Source: an uncultured candidate division Zixibacteria bacterium
GTDB taxonomy: Bacteria; Zixibacteria; MSB-5A5; UBA10806; 4484-95
NCBI GenBank assembly: GCA_963668625.2
Contig: CAXXKA010000008.1
Location: 1,120,001-1,184,000 of the forward strand
Direction: 5' to 3'
Length of the DNA stretch: 64,000 bases
Positions 1 through 10,084 of the stretch are shown here, one piece after another (within the stretch, counting starts at the first letter, position 1; each line of letters opens with the position of its first letter). The notes below the pieces were generated by a model. It worked only from the letters and a program-made list of their open reading frames with translations, was not told the DNA's origin and made no database searches. Made by a program: the position numbers and the translations under genes.

Positions 1-2
1 AG

Positions 3-380
3 GCTTGTGGCGAGCTTAAAGTCGATGGTCAACGGCCTGATATCGTAATCGTGAAAACCTCGCAAACTATTGCCGCTCTGGATGGCAGGGATGATGTAAA
101 ACCCGGCGACGTACTTCTCTCGGCGGAGTTCGCTTTATCTCATCGCACCCGGGATGGTGGATTGCTGGGGCCACCGACGGCCGAGGAGATCAGGGATGCT
201 TTCGTGAAATACCTGAAAAAAGCCGAAAGCTCCGGGTCGGGCTCATCCGGTACCAAAAAAATCTCAGGAGACAATGCCGAGATCGATAAAGATGTCGATA
301 GTTTTTTGGAACGCGGCAGGGACGGGCTCGAGGATATGGAGCCGGATGATATCGAGGTAAAAAAAAAGCGGATGAAATAG
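3..380 (+). CDS. Mg/Co-chelatase ChlI/BchI-type AAA+ ATPase, C-terminal part (5' end outside window)
   Basis: The frame is open from position 3: ACGELKVDGQRPDIVIVKTSQTIAALDGRDDVKPGDV...ALSHRTR, which resembles the ChlI AAA lid. An acidic/Ser-Gly linker follows, with TAG at 378-380. Confidence 0.8.
   Translation, partial: ACGELKVDGQRPDIVIVKTSQTIAALDGRDDVKPGDVLLSAEFALSHRTRDGGLLGPPTAEEIRDAFVKYLKKAESSGSGSSGTKKISGDNAEIDKDVDSFLERGRDGLEDMEPDDIEVKKKRMK
359..368 (+). other. Putative programmed frameshift / transcriptional slippage site (A9G; A_AAA_AAG)
   Basis: GTA AAA AAA AAG CGG ATG AAA TAG; the run lies in the 350-377 overlap of the 0 and -1 frames. Confidence 0.65.
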
Positions 381-1444
381 ATCGGCCGCGTAACAAACGT
401 ATCGACGAACTGGTCGAGAAATACTCCGAGGCCGCTCCTCGCGATGCCACTTTCACTCCCGGTGCAACTAAAGTCAAAGTACCTATTCCGGATATTCCGC
501 AAGACCAGCTATTCGATTCATTCGATAGTTTATACAGGTCGACCAGGAATTCGTTTTTCGGTTTCCTGCGCTCTTTCAGACGGCAGAAAGTGAGATCGGC
601 GCGCGGTAACAAACGTCGCGAGGCTGTTTCCTCCATGACGACCGGCAGGGATACGAGGGTGATCGGTTATATCAGGAACCAGACGAGGCTGGCAATCAAA
701 AACACGATCCTTCATGCCGCGATTAACAACCGCTACGACCTCAAAAACAGGCGGTTCGATATCCAGAGCGAGAACATGAGAGGCTGGACACGTCGAGAGT
801 ACGAGAGCCTCACGTTAATATTGCTGGTGGATGTCAGTAAATCTACCTGGGCTTTCATCGAGGTATTCAAAGAAATTTTATCCTCCCTGACGGATTATTT
901 TCACAAGCACAATGACCGGGTAGGTTTGATATCTCTTCAGGGATTGCAGGCTAAAATCTACAGCCACCCCACTCATAACTTTAGAGTGGTGGCCAGGGGA
1001 TTGAGCAAACTGAAATTTCACGGCGAGACACCTATCGCGGACGGCTTGTATACCTCGCTAAATATGGCCAGGATGGAAAAAGCGAAAAACCCCGGCGCGA
1101 GATCTATCGTTATATTGTTGAGCGATTGTTTTCCGGAGCCGCTTACGCTGGGTGTTCGGGATGTTTTCGAGGATCCGGCATATCGAAATTCTATCACCGC
1201 CGCGGCTCAATACAAAAAACAAAAAATAATGCTGCTGGTGATTAATCCCTCTTTTACCGGGGAAGAGGCCGAATTGCCGGGAGAAATATTGTCGGAGAGT
1301 ATCGCTAAAGCCGGCGGGGGAGGGTTAATAAAACTTCATAGGGATAAAGACAGCCGCTACGCGAATTTATCAACGCGTGAAATAGAAATTATCATCAAGG
1401 GTATCGAGGATTCGCTCTCCCGCAAAGAGGGTTATCTGAAATAA
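359..1444 (+). CDS. ChlD-type linker + vWA domain, -1 frame continuation of the upstream chelatase ORF
   Basis: The -1 frame is open from 350 to 1444 (KKADEIDRPRNKRIDELVEKY...). It carries a MIDAS DVSKST, GETP and LLSDC. There is no ATG/GTG/TTG before GTG590. Confidence 0.75.
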   Translation, partial: KKKADEIDRPRNKRIDELVEKYSEAAPRDATFTPGATKVKVPIPDIPQDQLFDSFDSLYRSTRNSFFGFLRSFRRQKVRSARGNKRREAVSSMTTGRDTRVIGYIRNQTRLAIKNTILHAAINNRYDLKNRRFDIQSENMRGWTRREYESLTLILLVDVSKSTWAFIEVFKEILSSLTDYFHKHNDRVGLISLQGLQAKIYSHPTHNFRVVARGLSKLKFHGETPIADGLYTSLNMARMEKAKNPGARSIVILLSDCFPEPLTLGVRDVFEDPAYRNSITAAAQYKKQKIMLLVINPSFTGEEAELPGEILSESIAKAGGGGLIKLHRDKDSRYANLSTREIEIIIKGIEDSLSRKEGYLK

Positions 1445-1558
1445 GAAATCATCAGCGTACACCTCCCGTTAGAACTTATTCACAGTGATGTCATACAATA
1501 ATAATAAGATATTCTAATAGCTATTACAGGTATATTTTCGTATAAACATCTAATAAGA

Positions 1559-3694
1559 ATGAGTGAGGATATTATGATTGATGAACAAATCAGGAATTTG
1601 ACGCAAAGAGTATATAAGCTCGAATTGGTGGTCGGTAAGTTACAGCAAACTATCGAAAAACTGAGCGGGCAAAAAATAGATGTTGAAGAAAGCGTAAAAG
1701 CCGTAGAAACCGAAATAGTATCGACACCCGAAAAAGATACTGAAACGGTCAAACGAATATCATCCCCCGGCAAATCAATACGACCACGCAAATCAGTTGA
1801 TCTTCCCGATTACATGAAACGAAGCGAGTACTGGTTGAATAAAGTCGGTATCGGTTTACTGCTGTTTGCCGTAGTGTTTCTATTCAAATACTCCGTCGAT
1901 CAGGGTTGGCTGACTCCGCCGGTGCGAGTCATTTTCGGATTGGCGCTCGGCGCGTTGTTTCTGGCGCTTGGTTTCAGACTCATCAAAAAACGTCGCCATT
2001 TCGCGCAGGTTATGTTCGGGGGAGCTATCGCTACATTTTACATATGCGGTTTCGCGGCTTTCAGGATGTTTTCGCTGGTATCGTACCCGGTCGCCCTGAC
2101 ATTCATGGTATTGGTTACGGTAACAGCCTATCTGCTGGCAATCAGGCAGAATACCTCAGTGCTTTCGCTGTTGGGAGCGATTGGCGGTCTGGGAACGCCA
2201 TTTATGCTTCATGGAGGAGTTGGCGGAATACCGATTCTGGTGATTTTCACTATCTTGATATTGCTGGGTACCGTAGCTGTTTTTCTGTATAAAGGTTGGT
2301 ATTCCCTGCTGTGGCTATCGGCGATCGGTAGTTGGATCGTGTTTTCGATTAACCTGGTAGATATGCTATATGATAAAGATATAATCGTGTCCGCCGACCA
2401 ATGGGCGTTACAGATCGCTTACTCGAGCGGCGTCCTGCTATTCTGGCTCGCGCCGCTATTCCGAGAGATTTACCGCAGCGGCAAACATGCCGAATCATCC
2501 CTCGGCTCAAGCTCGATCAATCGAAATATATATATTCTCAATGTGATCGTACCTGCTTTCACGCTTGGAATTTCAATGGCGATCTGGCCCGAAATAACGC
2601 TTAAATCCTGGGGCTGGATTACCCTGGGAGGTGGAGTCGTGCTCGGCTTAACCGCATGGGGGCTGGATCTGCTGGAACGATTCGAAGACCTCGCGTTCAC
2701 TAATGCGATTTTGGGATTAGCATTTCTGACCGGCGCCGTTTGTTTTATACTTGACGGTGATTCGCTGTTTTTCGCGCTGGCCACCGAGGCGACGGTAATT
2801 CATCTGATTGCCATTCGTATTAAAAGCAAGGGCTATGCTATTTGTGCGCATGTATTGAGCCTGTTTATGGCTTTGGTATTCTCGTATCGGGTATTCCCCG
2901 CTATAGAATTGATATTCCCATCCTCTATTTCGCACGATCCTGTTATAAACGCCAGGGCGTTAACCGATCTCTGGTTGATCGGGATGTGGGTTATTTTGTC
3001 GGGGTGTTTTCAAGCAACAAAAGTGAAGCGTGTATATTTCATTGCCGCTGCGGTGGCCCTGGTCGGCTGGTTCAATCGGGAGCTTAGTGGTAACGTCTTG
3101 TTATTGTTACTGGCTGTAGAAGCTGTTTTGATACATGTTGTTGCCAGATGGAAAAACGATCCACCCATAAGGTTGTTTGCGAATGTATTCTATGCCATTA
3201 TTGGCATGGTAATGGTGATACGACTGCTGGGAGTTAAATCCCCCGGGCCGGCAATGGTTAATTTTGATGCAATAGCCAACATGATAGTGATAATCTCCCC
3301 GGCCGTAGTATATAAGTACTTTAAAATTGATAAATCCTATGTGCTCTATCTGTATTTCTCTCATGCTGCGTTTCTGACATGGTTCTATCATGAGCTGTAT
3401 GTTTACCCTAACGGGCAGGGAATCATTACTGTCGCCTGGGGAATTTATAGCGCGATATTACTGGTGATCGGCCTTCGGCTAAACTATCATCGCCTGAGAG
3501 TCGTCTCGCTGATTACTTTATTCATTGTCGTCGGCAAGCTGTTCCTTATAGATTTGGCCGCGCTGGAGGTATTATGGCGTATACTTTTATTCATGGGATT
3601 CGGCGGATTGTTTTTATTCCTCAGCTATTATTTCCGCAACCTGTGGAGATATGAAATTCCTGAAGGCGATGACGAAAATATCACCGAGCAATAA
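1559..3694 (+). CDS. DUF2339-like polytopic membrane protein
   Basis: N-terminal coiled coil, WLNKVGIGLLLFAVVFLFKYSVDQGWLTPPVRV motif, about 20 hydrophobic segments, C-terminal KLFLIDL...RILLFMGFG. Confidence 0.8.
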   Translation: MSEDIMIDEQIRNLTQRVYKLELVVGKLQQTIEKLSGQKIDVEESVKAVETEIVSTPEKDTETVKRISSPGKSIRPRKSVDLPDYMKRSEYWLNKVGIGLLLFAVVFLFKYSVDQGWLTPPVRVIFGLALGALFLALGFRLIKKRRHFAQVMFGGAIATFYICGFAAFRMFSLVSYPVALTFMVLVTVTAYLLAIRQNTSVLSLLGAIGGLGTPFMLHGGVGGIPILVIFTILILLGTVAVFLYKGWYSLLWLSAIGSWIVFSINLVDMLYDKDIIVSADQWALQIAYSSGVLLFWLAPLFREIYRSGKHAESSLGSSSINRNIYILNVIVPAFTLGISMAIWPEITLKSWGWITLGGGVVLGLTAWGLDLLERFEDLAFTNAILGLAFLTGAVCFILDGDSLFFALATEATVIHLIAIRIKSKGYAICAHVLSLFMALVFSYRVFPAIELIFPSSISHDPVINARALTDLWLIGMWVILSGCFQATKVKRVYFIAAAVALVGWFNRELSGNVLLLLLAVEAVLIHVVARWKNDPPIRLFANVFYAIIGMVMVIRLLGVKSPGPAMVNFDAIANMIVIISPAVVYKYFKIDKSYVLYLYFSHAAFLTWFYHELYVYPNGQGIITVAWGIYSAILLVIGLRLNYHRLRVVSLITLFIVVGKLFLIDLAALEVLWRILLFMGFGGLFLFLSYYFRNLWRYEIPEGDDENITEQ

Positions 3695-3907
3695 CGGGTA
3701 GCAAGTAGTTTTTCACAGGGATTTCATACCCCGACTCTTTTGATTATGCTTTCATATCGGGAACGGTTATGTTAATTTGGGTGTTATCAATACTCGAATA
3801 CGTGATGTTTTTGCGACTGTACCGGGTATGACCTGATTGGTTCGTATCTTTCAGAACCTCGCAATTACAACCGGGATAAACATAAAATCAGATAAAAGGA
3901 ATAAAAA

Positions 3908-4681
3908 ATGAGCACCATTAAAATACTCTCCTGGAACGTGAACGGTATACGAGCAGTGCATAAGAAAAAAGCATTCGATTGGTTTTACGAGCGTAAACCG
4001 GAGATACTTTGCATGCAGGAAACAAAGGCGATGGAGGAACAGCTTCCCAAAGACCTGACCACGGTCGAGGGTTACGAGCATTACTTCATCTCGGCCGAGC
4101 GTAAGGGATATTCGGGTGTCGGGATGTACAGCTCCATCGAGCCTGTTGATGTCAAAGGTGGTTTCGGCGTCGCCAGATTCGATTCGGAGGGACGCTCGAT
4201 GATTGCCGATTTCGGAAAGTTCGTGCTTTTCAATATATATTTTCCTAACGGCAAGATGAATAAAGAGCGATTGAAATATAAGATGGATTTTTACGATACT
4301 TTCCTCGATTACGCCAATAAGCTTAAAGATGACGGCAAGAATATCGTTATTTGCGGGGATGTCAACACTGCGCACAAAGAGATAGATCTGGCCAGACCGA
4401 AAGAGAACGAGAAGACCTCGGGATTTTTGCCCGAGGAGCGCGCCTGGATTGACAAACTACTGGATAACGGCTATCTCGATACTTTCAGGATGTTTCACGA
4501 TGAGCCCGATCAATATACCTGGTGGGACATGAAAACCAGGGCACGCGACCGGAACGTGGGCTGGAGAATTGATTATTTCTTTGTCAGCGAGAGCTTGAAA
4601 AGCAAGGTGAAATCAGCCTCTATCCATTCTGATATCATGGGCTCGGACCACTGCCCGATCGAGATAGAACTGAAGCTTTAA
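3908..4681 (+). CDS. xth: Exodeoxyribonuclease III (AP endonuclease)
   Basis: [33 protein letters not shown] and GSDHCP motifs. Confidence 0.95.
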   Translation: MSTIKILSWNVNGIRAVHKKKAFDWFYERKPEILCMQETKAMEEQLPKDLTTVEGYEHYFISAERKGYSGVGMYSSIEPVDVKGGFGVARFDSEGRSMIADFGKFVLFNIYFPNGKMNKERLKYKMDFYDTFLDYANKLKDDGKNIVICGDVNTAHKEIDLARPKENEKTSGFLPEERAWIDKLLDNGYLDTFRMFHDEPDQYTWWDMKTRARDRNVGWRIDYFFVSESLKSKVKSASIHSDIMGSDHCPIEIELKL

Positions 4682-4878
4682 CGATCTTTAGGGCTAATAT
4701 CAGTTAGCCGGTGGAACTTAATTAAATCAGACCTATCGATATTATAATAGCCAAAGGTATATTTTTTTATTATTGGCATATACCTCTTTAATTTATATAT
4801 TGAGCACGCGAGTAATCCTATATAATTATTCGTATAAAATTTTATGACTTGATATTCTAAATTATTTCGGGAGGTAGG

Positions 4879-6243
4879 ATGTTTGATAAACTCCGGACGA
4901 TTTTAAATAAAATCGATGCCGACTACGCCGACATCCGCTATGAAACCAAAAAGCAATCGAATATATCATATTCCGGTAAAGAGTTGACCCAGATAGGGGC
5001 GAGCACTACCGATGGTTTCGTGGTCAGGGTGCTGAAAAACGGCGGCTTTTCCTCAGTCGTGTTTACTAAAGATGATGATGCTGATAAGGCCGTAGGATCA
5101 GCGGTGGAAAACGCCGTGTTAACCGGGAAAACGATCGCAAAACCAGTCAGGCTTGCCAATGCGGAACCGGTCAAGGACGAATATTCGCCGAAACTCGTGG
5201 AGGATCCTCGCGATATCAGCATAGAGGAGAAACTCGAGTTGGTGAGCAAGTACAACGATATAGCCTTGGATCACGAGGGGATCGCCAGTACACAGATTAA
5301 TTACCGCGAGATAATCAGGGACAAGTATTTCCTTTCCAGCCAGGGATCGGAAATCCACGAGGACCTGGTTACCTGCGCGTTTTCCGGCGAGCTGATTGCC
5401 AGGGATGGTAACCTGATGCAGAACATCCGGGTTGGCGGTGGCGGCTCCAACGGTTTTAACAGGATTCGAAATCTCGAGGATATAATGGAGCAGCGTTCGA
5501 AAACAGTACTCGATCTGTTGAAAGCCAAACCGGTAAAAGGTGGCGAATATACTTGCGTACTGAATCCGAACATGACAGGCGTTTTCGCGCATGAGGCATT
5601 CGGCCATTTTTCCGAGGCTGATATAATCGAGTCGCTGCCGGCGATGAGAGAGAAAATGAAACTGGGTGAGCAACTCGGCAGCGACAAAGTCAGTATCGTG
5701 GATGATCCGACATTTCCAACTCAACTGGGCTATTACAAATATGATGACGAGGGCGTTCCGGCCAGGCGTACCGATCTGATGAAAGAAGGCGTACTCGTGG
5801 GAAGGTTACATTCGCGGAGAACCGCAGCCGAGTTCGATGAACCGATTTCCGGACACTGCGTGGCCGAGGATTTCAGATTCGCTCCGATTGTCAGAATGGG
5901 CACGACATTCGTCGAGCCGGGGCCTAACTCGCTGGATGATTTAATCAGAATGATGGGAGATGGTTTATATATACTCGATGCCAAAGGCGGGCAAACGGCC
6001 GGTGAGAATTTCACTTTCGGCGCCCAGTACGGCTACGAGGTCAAAAACGGTAAGATAGGGCAAATGGTTCGCGATATTAATATCAGCGGTAACCTGTACA
6101 ATACCCTTAAAAATATACAGGCGGTGGGCAACGATCTCACCCTGAACAAGGTTGGTAGCTGCGGTAAAGGTCAGCTTAATATTCGCTCATGTCACGGCGG
6201 GCCGCATACCCTGTTTTCAAGCCTGATTGTAGGAGGTGCCTGA
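4879..6243 (+). CDS. tldD: TldD-family metalloprotease subunit
   Basis: HEAFGH zinc motif, YDDEG and C-terminal CGKGQ; SD GGAGG upstream. Confidence 0.9.
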   Translation: MFDKLRTILNKIDADYADIRYETKKQSNISYSGKELTQIGASTTDGFVVRVLKNGGFSSVVFTKDDDADKAVGSAVENAVLTGKTIAKPVRLANAEPVKDEYSPKLVEDPRDISIEEKLELVSKYNDIALDHEGIASTQINYREIIRDKYFLSSQGSEIHEDLVTCAFSGELIARDGNLMQNIRVGGGGSNGFNRIRNLEDIMEQRSKTVLDLLKAKPVKGGEYTCVLNPNMTGVFAHEAFGHFSEADIIESLPAMREKMKLGEQLGSDKVSIVDDPTFPTQLGYYKYDDEGVPARRTDLMKEGVLVGRLHSRRTAAEFDEPISGHCVAEDFRFAPIVRMGTTFVEPGPNSLDDLIRMMGDGLYILDAKGGQTAGENFTFGAQYGYEVKNGKIGQMVRDINISGNLYNTLKNIQAVGNDLTLNKVGSCGKGQLNIRSCHGGPHTLFSSLIVGGA

Positions 6244-7553
6244 TGGAAAAACTTTTGGAGATGGCCAAACAGGTTTGTGACAAAGCTGAGATTTACTCGA
6301 TAGAGTATTCGGACAATGCCGTCTCGTTCCAGGACGCTAAACTTCATGAGATTGAAAGCTCATACCAGTCGGGTATCAGCCTTCGGATTATCAAGGACGG
6401 CAAAGAGGGTTTCGCTTATACCCGTAATCTGATCGATCGCCAGGAGCTGCTGGATAATGCCAGGCTTTCGCTTGAAGGTGGTGTCGAGGCCGGTTATGAT
6501 TTCCCCTTGACGACCGAGATACCCCGGATTGATTCGTACGATAGTTCGCTGGAAAACCTGACCAACGCCGAGATCGTGGATGAGGGCAATCGCGTGTGTG
6601 ATTTGCTAAAATCCAAAACGGATACGGAAATTATGTTAAGCGGCATAAAACATCTGACCAAAGCCCGCTTGATAAATACCGCCGGTACCGATCTATCCGC
6701 CCGGAATAGTATTTACGGTATTTTTGGCGTGGCTGTTACTCCCGGATCCGGATCAGGTATACATCGCTTTTTCCAGAGCACGAAATACGAAAAGATGCCG
6801 GATAGCTATATCAACGAAATAGCCGAACTTTTCAATCATACTAAAAAAGAGGCCTCTTTCGGTGGCGGTAAAATGAAAGTGCTGTTTATGCCGAACAGCC
6901 AGATCGTTTTCAAATACCGTTTGCTAACCGGCATGAGCGCGAAAAGCCTTTACGAGGAAACTTCGCCTATTGCCGATAAAATAGATCGGCAGATTTTCTC
7001 CAGCAATTTGACTATATATGATGATCCGCTCGATGAAGCACATCCCGGCGCCGGCGCTTTCGATGATGAGGGGGTTGCCTCTAAACCGCTGACACTGGTC
7101 GAAAACGGCGTGTTCAAGAATTATTATTACGATTTAAAGTATGCCGCCAAGCTAAACGCTCAGTCTACCGGTCATGGCCATAAAACCTCGATGTGGGGCG
7201 GTGATGCTATCACGTTAAAACCGACCCCTGCGCTGAAACATCTGCGGATAAAACCCGGTGATAAAAACCTGACCGAGCTTATCCGATTGATAGACCGTGG
7301 AATAATCGTGGAGGGTTCGCTCGGTCCGCATAGCGGAAATATACCCAACGGCGATTACTCGGTTGGCGCGGTTCCCGGCCTGTATGTGGAAAATGGCGAG
7401 ATAGTCGGCCTCGCTAAAGATATTATGGCGGCCGGCAATATATATGAGACTCTCAACAATGTAATAGGCGTTGGGGATAAGCAATACGCCGCTTACGGTA
7501 CCTGGGTACCGCCGATACTGTGTGATGGTGTAAGCGTGGCCACCAAGATCTAA
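6243..7553 (+). CDS. pmbA: PmbA/TldE-family partner subunit
   Basis: TGATG overlap with the tldD stop (start moved from 6189 to ATG6243); FDDEG motif; lacks HExxH. Confidence 0.85.
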   Translation: MEKLLEMAKQVCDKAEIYSIEYSDNAVSFQDAKLHEIESSYQSGISLRIIKDGKEGFAYTRNLIDRQELLDNARLSLEGGVEAGYDFPLTTEIPRIDSYDSSLENLTNAEIVDEGNRVCDLLKSKTDTEIMLSGIKHLTKARLINTAGTDLSARNSIYGIFGVAVTPGSGSGIHRFFQSTKYEKMPDSYINEIAELFNHTKKEASFGGGKMKVLFMPNSQIVFKYRLLTGMSAKSLYEETSPIADKIDRQIFSSNLTIYDDPLDEAHPGAGAFDDEGVASKPLTLVENGVFKNYYYDLKYAAKLNAQSTGHGHKTSMWGGDAITLKPTPALKHLRIKPGDKNLTELIRLIDRGIIVEGSLGPHSGNIPNGDYSVGAVPGLYVENGEIVGLAKDIMAAGNIYETLNNVIGVGDKQYAAYGTWVPPILCDGVSVATKI

Positions 7554-7575
7554 ACTCGATTAATACATGATATTC

Positions 7576-7606
7576 GGCGCCGGTTGTTAAAATCGGCGCT
7601 TTTTTT
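7576..7606 (+). terminator. Intrinsic terminator of tldD-pmbA
   Basis: GGCGCCGGTT-gttaa-AATCGGCGCT followed by a T-run. Confidence 0.75.
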
Positions 7607-7607
7607 G

Positions 7608-7635
7608 TTGACAAATCGAATTAATGAAACATAAT
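7608..7635 (+). promoter_or_regulatory. Sigma70-type promoter of the leader-rsgA operon
   Basis: TTGACA-N16-CATAAT. Confidence 0.65.
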
Positions 7636-7698
7636 AGGGGTGTCCCCGTAATGGTGGGTAAGCAAAGAGAACGTAGTTTGGAAAGGAGGCGTATTTTT

Positions 7699-7761
7699 AT
7701 GGAAGCGACATATTTTTATCTAGATGTTGAAGTGCGCCCCGGACTGGTGGCTGTAGGATAG
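7699..7761 (+). CDS. Putative leader peptide MEATYFYLDVEVRPGLVAVG (20 aa)
   Basis: Strong SD AAAGGAGG (7682-7689) 9 nt before the ATG; lies between the promoter and a terminator upstream of rsgA. Confidence 0.65.
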   Translation: MEATYFYLDVEVRPGLVAVG

Positions 7762-7875
7762 GATACAGTTTTACCCGGCTTACTGAAAAAGCCGTTTTGA
7801 ATACATGACCGCGGGCGTAATCAGTCCGCGGTTTTTTTTCGTTAAATCCGCGGTCAACATGTCGGCGGTTTTTTT
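7737..7875 (+). promoter_or_regulatory. Putative transcription attenuator (anti-antiterminator / antiterminator / terminator)
   Basis: Terminator GACCGCGGGC(7807-16)/GTCCGCGGTT(7824-33) with T-run to 7839. Leader bases CCCCGGACTGGT (7737-48) pair with ATCAGTCCGCGG (7820-31). An alternative hairpin spans 7739-7779. Confidence 0.65.
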
Positions 7876-7917
7876 ATTTCCGATATTTAAATGTAAGATA
7901 AAAAGGAATTTAAGATA

Positions 7918-9024
7918 ATGAATTTGATAGATTTAGGCTGGACAGAATTTTTCGAAAAAGAATTCGAGAGTTTCAATGGGCGGGGATTCAAACCCCTGCG
8001 GATTATCAGGGAGCATAAAGAGTTGTATATGCTCGCGGGCGAATCGGGCGAGTATAGAGGAGAAATCACGGGCAAGTTTCGTTTCGAGGCCAAATCGCGG
8101 GCCGATTTCCCGGCTGTGGGAGATTGGGTTGTCGCTACTCCGTTCGAGAACGAGGCTAAAGCGATAATTCATGCCGTGCTGCCTCGTAAAAGCTGTTTTT
8201 CCAGACAGGCGGTACTGTCGGGAGGGCAGCCGGAAACCGGAGGTAAAACCGATGAGCAGGTGCTGGCAAGCAATATCGATACGGTGCTGATAGTGAACGG
8301 GCTCGATAACGATTACAGCTTGAGGCGGATGGAGCGATACTTGAGCGCTGCCTGGGATAGCGGAGCCAATCCGGTTATTGTTTTGAACAAGGCCGATATC
8401 TGCGAAAATATCGAGGCAAAAATAGCCGAGGTCGAGGCAATCACTTATGATACCCCCATCCACGCGATGAGCGCCGAGAAACAAAGCGGCCTGGAGCAAC
8501 TGGATCAATATATGGTAAGAGGCAATACGATAGTTTTGCTGGGCTCCTCGGGCGTGGGTAAATCAACTATAATCAACCAACTTCTGGGAGAACAGCGATT
8601 GAAAACTCAGGAAATAAGGCAATCCGACAGCAAAGGGCGTCACACGACGACCCACCGGGAGCTAGTGGTATTGCCCGAGGGGGGAATCGTTATCGATACG
8701 CCGGGCATGAGGTTGTTCAAGGTATGGGATGGCGATGAAGGACTGTCGCACACGTTCGGCGATATCCTGGAGTTGATGTCTCAATGCCGGTTCTCCGATT
8801 GTAAACATCGTAGCGAACCCGGCTGCGCCGTGAAAGCCGCCCTGGAGGAAGGCATACTGGATCAGAGGCGGTATGACAGTTATTTGAAACTTCAAAAAGA
8901 ACAAAACTTTTTAGAAAACAGAAAAAACGAAGCCGTTTTCAGAAAACAGCAACGCGATCTGGGTAAATATTACAAGAAAATTCTAAATGAACAAAATGAA
9001 TTAAGAAAGAAGAAACTTCGATAA
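7918..9024 (+). CDS. rsgA: Ribosome small-subunit-dependent GTPase A (long RsgA paralog type)
   Basis: PAVGDWV OB fold; permuted G motifs NKAD, GSSGVGKST, GRHTTT, DTPG; zinc finger CRFSDCKHRSEPGC. Confidence 0.92.
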   Translation: MNLIDLGWTEFFEKEFESFNGRGFKPLRIIREHKELYMLAGESGEYRGEITGKFRFEAKSRADFPAVGDWVVATPFENEAKAIIHAVLPRKSCFSRQAVLSGGQPETGGKTDEQVLASNIDTVLIVNGLDNDYSLRRMERYLSAAWDSGANPVIVLNKADICENIEAKIAEVEAITYDTPIHAMSAEKQSGLEQLDQYMVRGNTIVLLGSSGVGKSTIINQLLGEQRLKTQEIRQSDSKGRHTTTHRELVVLPEGGIVIDTPGMRLFKVWDGDEGLSHTFGDILELMSQCRFSDCKHRSEPGCAVKAALEEGILDQRRYDSYLKLQKEQNFLENRKNEAVFRKQQRDLGKYYKKILNEQNELRKKKLR

Positions 9025-9037
9025 AGGCGGAACCGAT

Positions 9038-10033
9038 ATGCTCGAGGAAAGTGTAAAACTATTCGAAAACAACAGGGATGAAATATTAAGCCGGATATGC
9101 GTTCGCTTTGAAATCAAACCGGGGAGCTTGAGTAAATTGGGCTCTTTCGAAAGCTTAGTATACGAGTATCCCCGGGATGGTAAAGAGTATATCCTCAAAA
9201 TTACCCATAGCCTCCACAGGAGCGAGGATTTGATAATGGGAGAGCTGGACTGGGTCAACTACCTGGCGACCGCCGATCTTTCGGTCTGCGAATACTATCC
9301 CTCCGTTAACGGCAATTTGGTGGAAAGTATTACCGTGGGTGATTCCTCTTTTCATGGCTACATATGCGAGAAGGCTAAGGGTGAATTTACTAACGCGTCC
9401 AATTGGAATGAACGATTGTTCGAATCGTGGGGCGCGATGATCGGCAGAATGCACGGCGCTACCAAAAAGTACCGACCTTCACGGGAAAGCTACCGGCGGT
9501 TTCACTGGTATAATGATCCATCCATTAATATAGCCGATTGTCTTCCCGATGATCAGATTGCCGTGGTTGATAAAGCCGAAGAGTTAATCGAAAAGCTGAA
9601 AGAGCTGCCGACGGATTCGAATAACTATGGCTTGATACATAGCGATCTTCACACCGGAAATTTCGTAGCGCAGGATGGTGTATTAACGGCATTCGATTTC
9701 GATGATTGCCACTACGATTATTTCGCATTCGATATCATGATACCGCTGTATTACGCCATGCTCGATGAATCCATAGGCGACGATAATACCGAGTTTGCCG
9801 GTAAATTTTTCAAACATTTTATCAGCGGCTACCGGAGGGAAAATAAGGTCGAAAAATGGTGGTTGGAATATCTTCCGGATTTCATGAAACTTCGCGAGAT
9901 AGATTTATATTCCGTAATCCTTCGAGAGAATGCTCACGAAACTAACGACTGGTGTAGAAGATTTATGGCCGGCAAGAGGGAGCGGATAGAAAACGATATA
10001 CAGGTGATCGACATGGATTTTTCGGATTTCTAA
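9038..10033 (+). CDS. APH/homoserine-kinase-type II family phosphotransferase
   Basis: ILKIT, Brenner motif HSDLHTGNF and FDFDDC. Confidence 0.85.
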   Translation: MLEESVKLFENNRDEILSRICVRFEIKPGSLSKLGSFESLVYEYPRDGKEYILKITHSLHRSEDLIMGELDWVNYLATADLSVCEYYPSVNGNLVESITVGDSSFHGYICEKAKGEFTNASNWNERLFESWGAMIGRMHGATKKYRPSRESYRRFHWYNDPSINIADCLPDDQIAVVDKAEELIEKLKELPTDSNNYGLIHSDLHTGNFVAQDGVLTAFDFDDCHYDYFAFDIMIPLYYAMLDESIGDDNTEFAGKFFKHFISGYRRENKVEKWWLEYLPDFMKLREIDLYSVILRENAHETNDWCRRFMAGKRERIENDIQVIDMDFSDF

Positions 10034-10084
10034 AGAGTTTGGCTTTGAAAGTAACGCCCTTTATGCTAAAATATATACGGTGTT

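Noticed and set aside
7699-7761. Short ORF as a RiPP precursor for the adjacent TldD/PmbA
   Set aside because: It is separated from tldD-pmbA by a terminator and its own promoter, no modifying enzymes are nearby, and its sequence fits an attenuator.
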